A stretch of DNA of 50,251 bases. It comes from Bdellovibrionota bacterium (GTDB taxonomy: Bacteria; Bdellovibrionota_C; UBA2361; OMII01). The position numbers were made by a program, and so were the translations under genes. Positions 9,540 to 18,539 of the stretch are shown piece after piece. The first letter of the stretch is position 1. Every line of letters starts with the position of its first letter. Location: contig JBIKWQ010000015.1 of NCBI GenBank assembly GCA_044356215.1, forward strand, positions 1-50,251, in the 5' to 3' direction. The notes under the pieces were generated by a model. The model saw only the letters and a program-made list of their open reading frames with translations. It made no database searches and was not told the DNA's origin.

Positions 9540-10943
9540 GTGAGTAGCTCTGAGAGCGTTAACGAATCACCACTTGATTTAAGCGTACTGGTGATCGATG
9601 ACGATCTTGAGGTGAATCGCTCTCTTGAGGGTGTGCTGCAAACCTTAGGCTACTCAACGACTACTGCCCTATCAGGAGAGGAGGGCTTGGCGCTCTTAAA
9701 CTCACGGGTATTCGATCTCGTTCTGTGCGATCTAAAACTTCCTGGCGCATCAGGTCTAGATGTTTTATCTGAACACGCCCGCAAGGTTCCTGTTATTCTG
9801 ATGACCGCCTTCAGTAATGAGGAGATCGCCTCACACGCGGCGGCGTGTGGCGCGTTTGATTACATCAGAAAACCTATCTTCGCTGATGACCTCCTCTTCA
9901 CCTTGCGCCGTTTTGAGGAGCATGAACGATTAAAGCGTGAGAATCGAAGCTTAAAAGCGTCACTATCTGAGCGTTACTCGTTTAATAACATAATCGCTAA
10001 AAGCGCCGCCTTTGGCGCTGTTTTTGAAGTAATTAAGCGACTCTCACCTTTTAATACAACCGTGCTTATTACCGGAGAGTCGGGAACCGGCAAGGAGCTT
10101 ATAGCCCGCGCGATCCACGAGAATTCTCCGCGGCGCGGCAAGCCTTTTATCGCTATTAACTGCGGAGCCATTCCAGAGGCGCTGATGGAATCAGAGCTAT
10201 TTGGTCACAAGAAAGGCGCGTTTACTGACGCGACACGCGATAAGAAGGGACTCTTTGAGGAAGCTACCGGGGGAACACTATTCTTAGATGAGGTTGGAGA
10301 TCTCCCGCTACATCTTCAGGTAAAACTTTTGCGCGCCCTGCAAGAACAGAAGATCCGTAGGGTCGGAGACGAGGCTGATATATCGATCGACGCACGAATC
10401 GTATCGGCGACTCTGCGCAATCTAGACGAGGAGGCGCGCGCCGGCAGATTTAGAGAGGATCTCCTTTATCGATTAAATGTAATCTCAGTTCACCTCCCTC
10501 CGCTACGCGAGAGGCCTGAGGATATTACGGTTCTCATTGAGCACTTCCTAAAGAAGCACTCCAAACGTTTAAGCATCCCAGAGAAGCGAGTCCCTCAGGA
10601 TGTGCTTAAGGCATTAATCGAGTACCGATGGCCAGGAAACGCTCGAGAACTCGAGAACTGTCTTGAGCGAGCGCTAGTTCTCTCATCGGGCGATGAGATT
10701 GAGGCGCAATCTCTTCCGCCTCATATTATTCAAGTACTGACCAGAGCCGGAGAATCGATCAATCAGGGCGTAAATAGATCATCGACCAGCCTCTCGATAA
10801 AAGAGCGGACAACGGTGCTGGAGATCGATCTAATAAAGCGCGCTCTAGAGGAGACAAAAGGCAACCGAACTCATGCGGCTAAGATCCTTGAGATTAGCCA
10901 CCGGACTCTGCTTTATAAATTAAAGGAGTATGGGTTGGAGTGA
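9540..10943 (+). CDS. Sigma54-dependent response regulator (NtrC/AtoC/PilR family)
   Basis: Receiver domain, GESGTGKE, ESELFGH, GAFTDA, FREDLLYRL, WPGNAREL, C-terminal Fis HTH. Confidence 0.95.
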   Translation: MSSSESVNESPLDLSVLVIDDDLEVNRSLEGVLQTLGYSTTTALSGEEGLALLNSRVFDLVLCDLKLPGASGLDVLSEHARKVPVILMTAFSNEEIASHAAACGAFDYIRKPIFADDLLFTLRRFEEHERLKRENRSLKASLSERYSFNNIIAKSAAFGAVFEVIKRLSPFNTTVLITGESGTGKELIARAIHENSPRRGKPFIAINCGAIPEALMESELFGHKKGAFTDATRDKKGLFEEATGGTLFLDEVGDLPLHLQVKLLRALQEQKIRRVGDEADISIDARIVSATLRNLDEEARAGRFREDLLYRLNVISVHLPPLRERPEDITVLIEHFLKKHSKRLSIPEKRVPQDVLKALIEYRWPGNARELENCLERALVLSSGDEIEAQSLPPHIIQVLTRAGESINQGVNRSSTSLSIKERTTVLEIDLIKRALEETKGNRTHAAKILEISHRTLLYKLKEYGLE

Positions 10944-10969
10944 GGGGGTGCGGCTGGATATCCCACATG

Positions 10970-11058
10970 GGTCAATCCCTAAATAGGCTTTACATTTAGC
11001 AACCGTGCACGGTAAACGTCTCTCGTGCTCGTGCACAAAAACGTGAGACGTTCACGTG
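10970..11058 (+). repeat. GGTCAATCCCTAAATAG repeat, copy 3, followed by CGTGCAC-type palindromic repeats
   Basis: Exact core match; ACCGTGCACGGT and AACGTCTC...GAGACGTT palindromes follow. Confidence 0.7.
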
Positions 11059-11200
11059 GGAGAGCAGATCTAGGGACCGATCCACGACAAACGATGACTA
11101 TACTCAACATAAGCAGCCCCCTCCCAACTTCCCCTACCCCTACCAAATCCCGCGTCTTTATAAGCAGATAGCCAGACTAGCGCACGAGCCCAAGAAAAGC

Positions 11201-11220
11201 TGTTGATAACCTGTGGATAA
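11201..11220 (-). promoter_or_regulatory. Tandem DnaA boxes
   Basis: TGTTGATAA (11201-11209, one mismatch) and TGTGGATAA (11212-11220, perfect TTATCCACA complement). Confidence 0.6.
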
Positions 11221-11338
11221 CTCCCCGTTAAAACCCCTATCTCCTAGCAAAAAAATATAAAAAATCTGCCCTTCCTGGCGAAGCAAATTTAGATCTTAAG
11301 TATCTTAATATATTAAGAATTAGTAGCGCCTCCTCAAT

Positions 11339-11367
11339 TTGAACTTTAGCCGCCCATACCCTAAAAT
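11339..11367 (+). promoter_or_regulatory. Putative sigma70 promoter of the TldD-family gene (TTGAAC-N17-TAAAAT)
   Basis: Canonical spacing; ATG 11374 lies 6 nt after the -10. Confidence 0.6.
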
Positions 11368-11373
11368 ATAAGT

Positions 11374-13050
11374 ATGCTCACGCGATCGACGGTTGAAAAA
11401 TTAATCCCGATCCTTAAGCACGATACAAAGCGTGCTCTGAAGATGTGCGTGCCAGGTTTCCCTAAACCGTACTACTGCTCCTTTTTACTTAAAGATATCC
11501 ATTGGTTTAACACCTGGGCCAGCAGCGGATCTGAGTGTCGCTCGCAGCAAGATCGCACCCGCCACATCTACTGCGACCTCCGCGTAGGTTCTTATAACTA
11601 CGACCAGGTTTCTGAAGGGGGGCTTCATGAGTTAGATGAGGAGCTTGAGTCCTCCTCTTACAGCTCAGTGCCTATTGATGATAAGGACTACGATGGCTTA
11701 AGGATCACGGTCTGGAAGCTACTTGAGAGCAAATTTAGGGAAGCGCTCACGGATTTTAACCAAAAAGAGGCGGCGCGACTCGCTACTCGCAATTCGAACA
11801 ACAGCCTGCGCTCATTTACCCGCGCCAAGCGCACCTCATTCCGTCACCACTCAAGGATGGACCAGGTGGATTACGAGGCGTGGAGTAAATTCTGCAAAAG
11901 GGCATCCCTCTGGCTCTCACAACTCCCCCGACTATCAGGTAGCTGGGTTGAGTTCGATGTTTCACAGGAGACCAGGATCTTCGTAAATACAGAGGGGTCT
12001 CTCACTGTGCAGAACTCGCAGGTGTTTTGCCTAAGCGCTAATCTGCACCGACTCACCAAAGAGGGTTCACGGCTCGAGCAGGAGGTAGTTCTTAATTGCG
12101 GCTCGCTTAGCGAGCTCCCCGACATGAGCGAGTTTAAGCGGCTAATCCTGCAGAAATACGAGCAGCTCCAACGTGTCGCCCAAGCCAAGAAGATCCACGC
12201 TTTCTCTGGCCCAGTGTTGCTGTATCCAGGCCCCGCCGGATTGTTATTTCATGAAGCGGTCGGCCACCGACTTGAGGGGAGCCGGCTTCTCTCATCAGGT
12301 GAGGGACAAACATTTAAAGAGCAGGAGGGAAAACAGATCTTCTCTCTGCCGATTACGGTACGCGACAATCCGCAGCTTCGCGAGTTTAACGGCAAGCGCT
12401 GCATCGGCTCATACACCTACGACGACGAGGGTGTAAAGGCTCAGGACGCGGTGCTCATTGAAGATGGTGTACTAAAAGGTTTCCTCTCCACACGAGCAGC
12501 TTTAAAAAGTGGTCGCCACACATCAAATGGACACGCGCGCACAAAGCAGCACCAGCGGCCAATAAGTCGCATGGCTGTGACGATTATTGAAGGTAAAAAC
12601 GGCGAGCCGCTTGATCGTTTAAAAACCAAATTGATTCAGGAGATCAAACGACAGAAGAAACCGTTTGGCATGATCGTCTACGAGACAAACGGCGGAGAGA
12701 CCGACACCACTAACTACGACTTCCAGGCGTTCTCCGGTGACATCGCCTACGCGACCCTAGTGTATCCAAACGGCAAAGAGGTGTGCGTACGTGGCGTGAA
12801 CTTTGTCGGCACACCGCTACAGAGCCTAGGCAACATAGTCGCTGTTGGTGACTCGCCGGAGCTTGATAACGGATTCTGCGGAGCTGAGTCTGGGCTGCTT
12901 CCGATCTCAACGATAGCTCCGGCTGTCCTGGTACGTAACCTCGAGCTACAAGGCAAAGACGAGGAGCTTGTAACGCCAACTATCTTAAAGCGCCCGCAGA
13001 GCTTAAAGAGAAAGAAGAAGCAGCGGAGGCAAAAGCGCTCTGGGAGGTAG
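11374..13050 (+). CDS. TldD/PmbA family metalloprotease
   Basis: LFHEAVGHRLEG (HExxxH), YTYDDEGV, LIEDGVLKGFL, SNGHAR, GFCGAESG. Confidence 0.88.
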   Translation: MLTRSTVEKLIPILKHDTKRALKMCVPGFPKPYYCSFLLKDIHWFNTWASSGSECRSQQDRTRHIYCDLRVGSYNYDQVSEGGLHELDEELESSSYSSVPIDDKDYDGLRITVWKLLESKFREALTDFNQKEAARLATRNSNNSLRSFTRAKRTSFRHHSRMDQVDYEAWSKFCKRASLWLSQLPRLSGSWVEFDVSQETRIFVNTEGSLTVQNSQVFCLSANLHRLTKEGSRLEQEVVLNCGSLSELPDMSEFKRLILQKYEQLQRVAQAKKIHAFSGPVLLYPGPAGLLFHEAVGHRLEGSRLLSSGEGQTFKEQEGKQIFSLPITVRDNPQLREFNGKRCIGSYTYDDEGVKAQDAVLIEDGVLKGFLSTRAALKSGRHTSNGHARTKQHQRPISRMAVTIIEGKNGEPLDRLKTKLIQEIKRQKKPFGMIVYETNGGETDTTNYDFQAFSGDIAYATLVYPNGKEVCVRGVNFVGTPLQSLGNIVAVGDSPELDNGFCGAESGLLPISTIAPAVLVRNLELQGKDEELVTPTILKRPQSLKRKKKQRRQKRSGR

Positions 13051-13054
13051 TTTA

Positions 13055-13202
13055 TTCCCGATCGGGAACAAATCATCGCCGCTGCCAAATTAAGCCGAAA
13101 TACATTCCCGCTCGGGAAGATAATCTTTAACGATAGTACCTACTAGTCCAAATAAAAGCCTTTGCATATTGCATTTACCATGATAAAATTACCGTACGGG
13201 AA
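13055..13202. promoter_or_regulatory. Three palindromic operators TTmCCG-NN-CGGGAA plus hipBA promoter
   Basis: TTCCCGATCGGGAA 13055-13068, TTCCCGCTCGGGAA 13105-13118, TTACCGTACGGGAA 13189-13202; TTGCAT 13162 and TGA-TAAAAT 13181-13189. Confidence 0.8.
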
Positions 13203-13220
13203 CAATTACCAAAAGAGCAT

Positions 13221-13430
13221 ATGTCACTAACAACTTACGAGCTAGGAGAAACGATAAGATTAACCCGCAAGAAGCTGGGGATCACGCAGAGGGAGCTTGC
13301 ACTGACATCAGGAACTGGGCTGCGGTTTATTATCGACCTTGAGGGTGGCAAAGCAACCTGCCAACTTGCGAAGGCGCTGACCGTGATTGAGACCCTGGGA
13401 ATTAAACTTGAGCTGAGGCTACCAAAGTAG
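13221..13430 (+). CDS. hipB: HipB-like XRE HTH antitoxin (y4mF family)
   Basis: RKKLGITQRELALTSGTGLRFIIDLEGGKATCQL; directly upstream of hipA. Confidence 0.88.
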   Translation: MSLTTYELGETIRLTRKKLGITQRELALTSGTGLRFIIDLEGGKATCQLAKALTVIETLGIKLELRLPK

Positions 13431-13451
13431 TCTCGATTATCACGAGGATAA

Positions 13452-14690
13452 GTGGCAAGACGTACATTAAATGTTTACCTTCGCGATCACATCGTCGGGC
13501 AGCTTATACAGGACGAGCATGGGCAGATATTGTTTATCTACTCACACTATTGGCTTCACCATCCTGAGACGACCCACCTATCGCACTCTCTACCACTAAG
13601 AGAAGAGCCGTTCTCACGAAACGAGTGTCGGGGATTTTTCGCCGGAGTTCTTCCAGAGGAAGAGAAGCGCGAGATAATAGCCAAGAATCTCGGGATCAGC
13701 GCGCGGAACGACTTCGCGATGCTTGAGCAACTCGGTGGCGAATGCGCGGGGGCTGTAACACTGATTCGCCCCGGTGTCGATCTCCCCTCTAGCGCGGCCG
13801 GTAGTTATCAAGAACTCTCTTCGAGTGAGCTCTTAGAGATATTAAGAGCCTTGCCTAAGCGTCCACTTTTGGCCGGTGATACTGGCATCCGCCTATCGCT
13901 CGCTGGCGCTCAAGATAAGATTGCTGTTCGAGTTAATGGAGATAGGATATCGATCCCTAAAAATGGCGCCGCTAGTACGCACATTATAAAGCCTGCTATC
14001 ACGAGGTTTCCTGGATTAGTTGAGAACGAGGCATTCTGCATGAAATTAGCCGCGGCCGTGGGACTTTCGGTGGCGGAGGTCTCAGTCGGAGAGATAGAAG
14101 ATATAAAGTTTCTCTTGGTCAGGCGCTTTGACCGTACAATCAATGAAAACGGAGTGATTGCAAGGATCCACCAAGAAGATATCTGTCAAGCGCTGGGTTA
14201 CCCTCCCGAGCATAAATATCAATCAGAGGGAGGTCCCGGCCTAAAGGAGTGCTTTAAGCTTATTCGGGCGACATCAAACAATCCAGCCGCGGATCTTAAA
14301 GCTCTATTAGAGGCTCTTATCTTTAATCTAATAATCGGAAATAACGACGCCCACGCTAAAAACTTCTCTATTATTCACCACCAAAACAACACAACGCGAT
14401 TGGCGCCTCTTTATGATCTTATTTGCACCGCCGCGTATCCGGAACTTACCTCCAAGATGGCGATGAAGATAGGTAAGGCCGCGATATTTGATCAGATCTA
14501 TCCGCGAGAGATAGACCGCCTAGCCGATGAATGTGGGTTAAACAGAACCCTGACTAGAGAGAGATTAACTAACCTGGCACACGCGATCGAGCTAGCGACA
14601 AAAACTCTCCGGAGCAACCTAAATTACGGCGCTGACATAGCGGATCTGATAGTCTCTAGATGCGAAGCAGTTATAGAGCGATTTCAATAA
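13452..14690 (+). CDS. hipA: HipA family Ser/Thr kinase toxin
   Basis: N-terminal LSHSLP/LPE domain, SLAGAQDK P-loop, HQED, GNNDAHAKNFS, LAPLYD. Confidence 0.95.
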   Translation: MARRTLNVYLRDHIVGQLIQDEHGQILFIYSHYWLHHPETTHLSHSLPLREEPFSRNECRGFFAGVLPEEEKREIIAKNLGISARNDFAMLEQLGGECAGAVTLIRPGVDLPSSAAGSYQELSSSELLEILRALPKRPLLAGDTGIRLSLAGAQDKIAVRVNGDRISIPKNGAASTHIIKPAITRFPGLVENEAFCMKLAAAVGLSVAEVSVGEIEDIKFLLVRRFDRTINENGVIARIHQEDICQALGYPPEHKYQSEGGPGLKECFKLIRATSNNPAADLKALLEALIFNLIIGNNDAHAKNFSIIHHQNNTTRLAPLYDLICTAAYPELTSKMAMKIGKAAIFDQIYPREIDRLADECGLNRTLTRERLTNLAHAIELATKTLRSNLNYGADIADLIVSRCEAVIERFQ

Positions 14691-14719
14691 CAAGCCCACC
14701 GTGCTACCTTTTTAATCCT

Positions 14720-15772
14720 ATGAGCGAAAGAGACACATCTAAAATTATCTGCGACACGAGCGCTGTTACGGCGCGTGATGTTATACTTACCGGAGATAGA
14801 CCAACTGGCCCCCTACATCTTGGGCACTATATCGGCTCGCTTCGGGCCCGCGTTCAGTTACAAGACGTCTGCTCTCTGTTCGTTTTAATCGCTGATATGC
14901 AAGCCTTAACCGACAACGCCGGGAATCCACAGAAGGTTAGCGACAATGTACTTGAGGTGATGCTTGATTATCTCTCGGTGGGGATCTCACCAGAACGCGC
15001 GACGATCTATCTGCAATCAGCCATCCCCGAGACCTCTGAGCTGACGATGTATTTCTTGAACTTAGTAAACGTTGGAAGGCTTTCGCGTAATCCAACAGTT
15101 AAAAATGAGATCCAGCAGCGAGGCTTTGGAGATGAGGTTCCGGCGGGATTCTGGACCTATCCGGTAAATCAGGCTGCTGATATCGCGCAGTTTAAAGCGA
15201 CGATAGTTCCAGTTGGCCCAGATCAGATCCCGATCCTTGAGTTAGGTAACGATATAATCCGTAACTTTAACCGCACGTATAAGTGCCAGGTCTTTAAAGA
15301 GTGTAAGGCATTAACTCCAAGCTCAGGGCTCCTTCCTGGAACCGATGGCAGTAGCAAGATGAGCAAGTCTGCTGGCAACGCGCTTTATCTCTCCGATCCG
15401 CCAAATGTAGTGGCGAAGAAAGTTAAATCTATGTACACCGACCCTCAACACCTTAAGGTTGAGGACCCCGGTCACATTGAGGGCAACGTTGTCTTCTCTT
15501 ATCTAGACGCGTTTGACCCTGACACCGCTGAAGTGGCCAGGCTAAAAGAGCACTATCAACGCGGCGGACTAGCTGACGGGGTAGTAAAGGCTAGATTAAT
15601 CGATGTATTAGAGAGCTTTTTAAAGCCGATACGTGAGCGCCGGGCCGAGTACGCCAGTGATAAAGCGCAGGTTATGAAGATACTTAAAGCCGGAACAGAG
15701 CGCGCGCGTGCTGTCGCTAGCGCCACCCTAAAGGAGGCCCGGGCGGCTATTGGGGTGGTTGAGTTGGGGTGA
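14720..15772 (+). CDS. trpS: Tryptophan--tRNA ligase
   Basis: TGDRPTGPLHLGHY, ADMQALT, YPVNQAADI, VPVGPDQ, KMSKS; ATG 14720 preferred over 14660. Confidence 0.97.
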   Translation: MSERDTSKIICDTSAVTARDVILTGDRPTGPLHLGHYIGSLRARVQLQDVCSLFVLIADMQALTDNAGNPQKVSDNVLEVMLDYLSVGISPERATIYLQSAIPETSELTMYFLNLVNVGRLSRNPTVKNEIQQRGFGDEVPAGFWTYPVNQAADIAQFKATIVPVGPDQIPILELGNDIIRNFNRTYKCQVFKECKALTPSSGLLPGTDGSSKMSKSAGNALYLSDPPNVVAKKVKSMYTDPQHLKVEDPGHIEGNVVFSYLDAFDPDTAEVARLKEHYQRGGLADGVVKARLIDVLESFLKPIRERRAEYASDKAQVMKILKAGTERARAVASATLKEARAAIGVVELG

Positions 15773-15870
15773 GTTGAATTAGGTGTATGCCTGAGGGGTG
15801 GATTTGATTAGGTTTGGGGGGATGGTTAAAATACGGGCTGTTGGTAAACTTTTAGTATTTAGGTGATTGA

Positions 15871-17151
15871 ATGGCAGGTGGGCTTGAAACGAGAAATAGA
15901 TCTCCTCTGCAAGACAAAACAGTAGAAGAGACCTTGGGTTTTCTCGAACAGCATCACTATGCTGCGTTTAGTTTTGCGACCGGCCTGGATGTCGCCAAGA
16001 GGGCAGTGACTGCGACCATATTAAATGGCGACGATTCCGCGCAAATAATAGACCGAGCCAAGAGGAATGAAAAATATACGAGCGGTCTTAATGAATTGAT
16101 TTTAGGAAGCCGCATAACCGCGGTAGAGGTATACAACGCAATAGCTCTGATCAGGGACGTAATAGGCGCCGAAACTGAAAATCCCCACATAACTTTTGTT
16201 GATCGACTTCTACTCCTACAGATCGGAAGATGCCCCGAGGCCACCATAAAAGAGCTTGATAAATTGACCAGCGAGGAGCCTCGCTTCTGGTCCGCTCTTC
16301 TTGCTCATACCCTAGCAGGAAATATTCATAAGAGTAATTTAGGTAACGTTGACGAAATTTTATCTAAAAACAGTCCTAGTATTCCCCAACTAGACAATAA
16401 AATCGAAAAACTTAAGCAGGTAAAGGGTCTGCGAGACTTGCTTCCACGATTCTTAAGCAAATCACCCGCAGCGACAGTTGTTAAAGAGCTGATTGATTAC
16501 TCTAGATCAAATAATTCAGTCAGCGAGGTAGACCCATTAGGTGGCAGACTGGCCGAGCAATACGACTCTCTAGATCGGAATTCGCCAAAAAAAGACCCCT
16601 TGCTGAATCTGCGAATTGAGATCGGGAGGAAGATAGACGATATTCAAAAAGGACATGAAAAAAACCTCCCCCAACTCTCCACAGAACTCAAAAGACTAAT
16701 ACTGAGCCCGAGACTCTCACCCCTTGAAAGATTTCTAACAGCCGAACTATTAGTAGAAACAGATAGGCGCACAGATACCCCTAGCAATCCTGAATCCGCA
16801 AAGTACATCAGGTTCGCAAAGCATATTGAGCAGCTTAAGATTGAGAACTGCCCAACAGAGGCATTCGAGGATCTCCAAGAATTAACCAAAGAGCCGCAGT
16901 TCTGGTACGCGCTTTTAGCCAACTCTCTAAACACTAAGATGCGGCACCCAAGTAATCTTCAATTTATTGATCGCTTGCTAACCAGTAACAAGCAATTGCA
17001 TCAAGAAGACCCTCAGGCCAAGGCTCTATTGGCTAAACTTAGCCAATCGTCAGGTGCACTTAATTTTTTTCCAATGCTCCTCGAAGCTACAACTCCAGCA
17101 GACCTAGATCATGGCTCGGATGGTTTATCGTTAGGGCCCACGGATCTCTAG
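15871..17151 (+). CDS. Hypothetical protein with internal duplication
   Basis: 426-aa ORF with AGGTG RBS; CPxxxxxxLxxLT..EPxFWxALLAxxL occurs twice. Confidence 0.75.
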   Translation: MAGGLETRNRSPLQDKTVEETLGFLEQHHYAAFSFATGLDVAKRAVTATILNGDDSAQIIDRAKRNEKYTSGLNELILGSRITAVEVYNAIALIRDVIGAETENPHITFVDRLLLLQIGRCPEATIKELDKLTSEEPRFWSALLAHTLAGNIHKSNLGNVDEILSKNSPSIPQLDNKIEKLKQVKGLRDLLPRFLSKSPAATVVKELIDYSRSNNSVSEVDPLGGRLAEQYDSLDRNSPKKDPLLNLRIEIGRKIDDIQKGHEKNLPQLSTELKRLILSPRLSPLERFLTAELLVETDRRTDTPSNPESAKYIRFAKHIEQLKIENCPTEAFEDLQELTKEPQFWYALLANSLNTKMRHPSNLQFIDRLLTSNKQLHQEDPQAKALLAKLSQSSGALNFFPMLLEATTPADLDHGSDGLSLGPTDL

Positions 17152-17210
17152 CCCACAGCCCCCCATTGCCAGAATTCCGTTAAACTCACATTAGCCAGCC
17201 ATTAGAGTAT

Positions 17211-17228
17211 TGTTAGCTCGTCCTAATA
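17211..17228. promoter_or_regulatory. Palindromic TTAG-N6-CTAA box upstream of the porin
   Basis: TGTTAGCTCGTCCTAATA, 16/18 identical to 27401-27418. Confidence 0.5.
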
Positions 17229-17278
17229 TGCGAATATCCAGGCTCGTTGCGGTCCTGGATTAACAGTCGCTTTTAGCC

Positions 17279-18472
17279 ATGAAAACACTCTCAACTACAA
17301 AATATCTCCTCTGCCTAATAGCGGCTCTAACTTTAACTACTAGCTCTGCCCTCGCTCAGAGCGCCAAGACAGGAGCTCAAGTTACGGCAAAAACAGCATC
17401 TCTAGATGACCAGCTAGAGGATCTCGGTCGGGTATACAAAAACGATGAGAACAAGGTGCTCCAGGAGCTCTGGCTCTTAGGGCGCTTTCACGGCCAGTAC
17501 CACTGGACTGAGGCCTCGACCGGCAGCGACACTGGATATGAGACCCGCCGCTTCCGCCTCGGAGGTCAGGCAAAGATGTTTAAGAAAGCCACCCTCCACG
17601 CCCAGATGGTAAGTGGTAGTGATATCGATCCCTTCTATAACGGGTTTACTGAGCTGTGGGCGCAGTGGGCCTTCTCACCAGAGCTCGCCCTAACGATCGG
17701 ACAGCAGAAGCACCGTTTCACTCACGACCGAAACGTATCGAGTCGGTACATCAATTATCTTGAGAGAAGCATGCTTACTAATATGTTTGGCGTTGACTAC
17801 ACACCCGCTATTACTCTTCAAGGAAGGATTAAGGGGCTCACCTACTATACTGGATTTTTCACCAATGCCACTGGACAGAATATGGGTAAGGCTTTTACCG
17901 ATTTTAACTCCGGGTACTCATACTTAGCCGCGGCCTATTATGACTTAGGAAACGTTTTAGGCGCCGATAACCTGACCCTTCACTCAACTTATGTTCATAG
18001 CGATGCTAACGAAAACGCCACTAATTTTAACACATACGACAATGGAATTTCTGCCGCCGCGATAGTCACTAAGGGCCACTTCGCCTTAGTAAATGAATTA
18101 ACTACTGGACTTGGAAGCGATCGCGGTAACGCGTACGGAATGAACCTTCAACCAAGTTATTTCATCACTCGCGAGTGGCAGCTCGCTTTAAGATATCAAC
18201 TGGCGGCATCAAACGAGTCTGACGGCTTAAACGCGCAGAGGCGTTACGAGAGCCCGGCCGGATTAGGAAGGGGAGATCTCTATCAAGCCGGATACTTTGG
18301 TGTTAACTACCACATAGCCAGGCACAGGCTAAAGCTCATGACCGGAATTGAGTACGCCAATATGAGCGGAGAGCACGCATGGACCGCTAGCACTATGCTG
18401 CGTTTCTACTTTGGACCGCACTCAGGCAGAGCTTTTCCGATGAATCAGATCTTGCCGTTGGATTATGATTAG
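17279..18472 (+). CDS. Outer-membrane porin (OprO/OprP-like)
   Basis: Signal peptide (SALA/Q), ETRRFRLG, LTIGQQK, YLERS, beta-strand pattern with aromatic girdle. Confidence 0.8.
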   Translation: MKTLSTTKYLLCLIAALTLTTSSALAQSAKTGAQVTAKTASLDDQLEDLGRVYKNDENKVLQELWLLGRFHGQYHWTEASTGSDTGYETRRFRLGGQAKMFKKATLHAQMVSGSDIDPFYNGFTELWAQWAFSPELALTIGQQKHRFTHDRNVSSRYINYLERSMLTNMFGVDYTPAITLQGRIKGLTYYTGFFTNATGQNMGKAFTDFNSGYSYLAAAYYDLGNVLGADNLTLHSTYVHSDANENATNFNTYDNGISAAAIVTKGHFALVNELTTGLGSDRGNAYGMNLQPSYFITREWQLALRYQLAASNESDGLNAQRRYESPAGLGRGDLYQAGYFGVNYHIARHRLKLMTGIEYANMSGEHAWTASTMLRFYFGPHSGRAFPMNQILPLDYD

Positions 18473-18539
18473 CCGCATCGTCATTTCAGATATTTACCTT
18501 GTGCTACTTTCCCCGCAAACCCTTCCATAACTAGTAAGT

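Noticed and set aside
11297..11322. dif site or IHF site
   Set aside because: Does not match the XerD arm TTATGTTAAAT or WATCAA-N4-TTR; recorded only as a palindrome.
15856..15870. TATTTAGGTGATTGA as an inverted partner of the GGTCAATCCCTAAATAG motif
   Set aside because: Needs an indel, overlaps the RBS of the 15871 gene, and no TSD links it to another copy.
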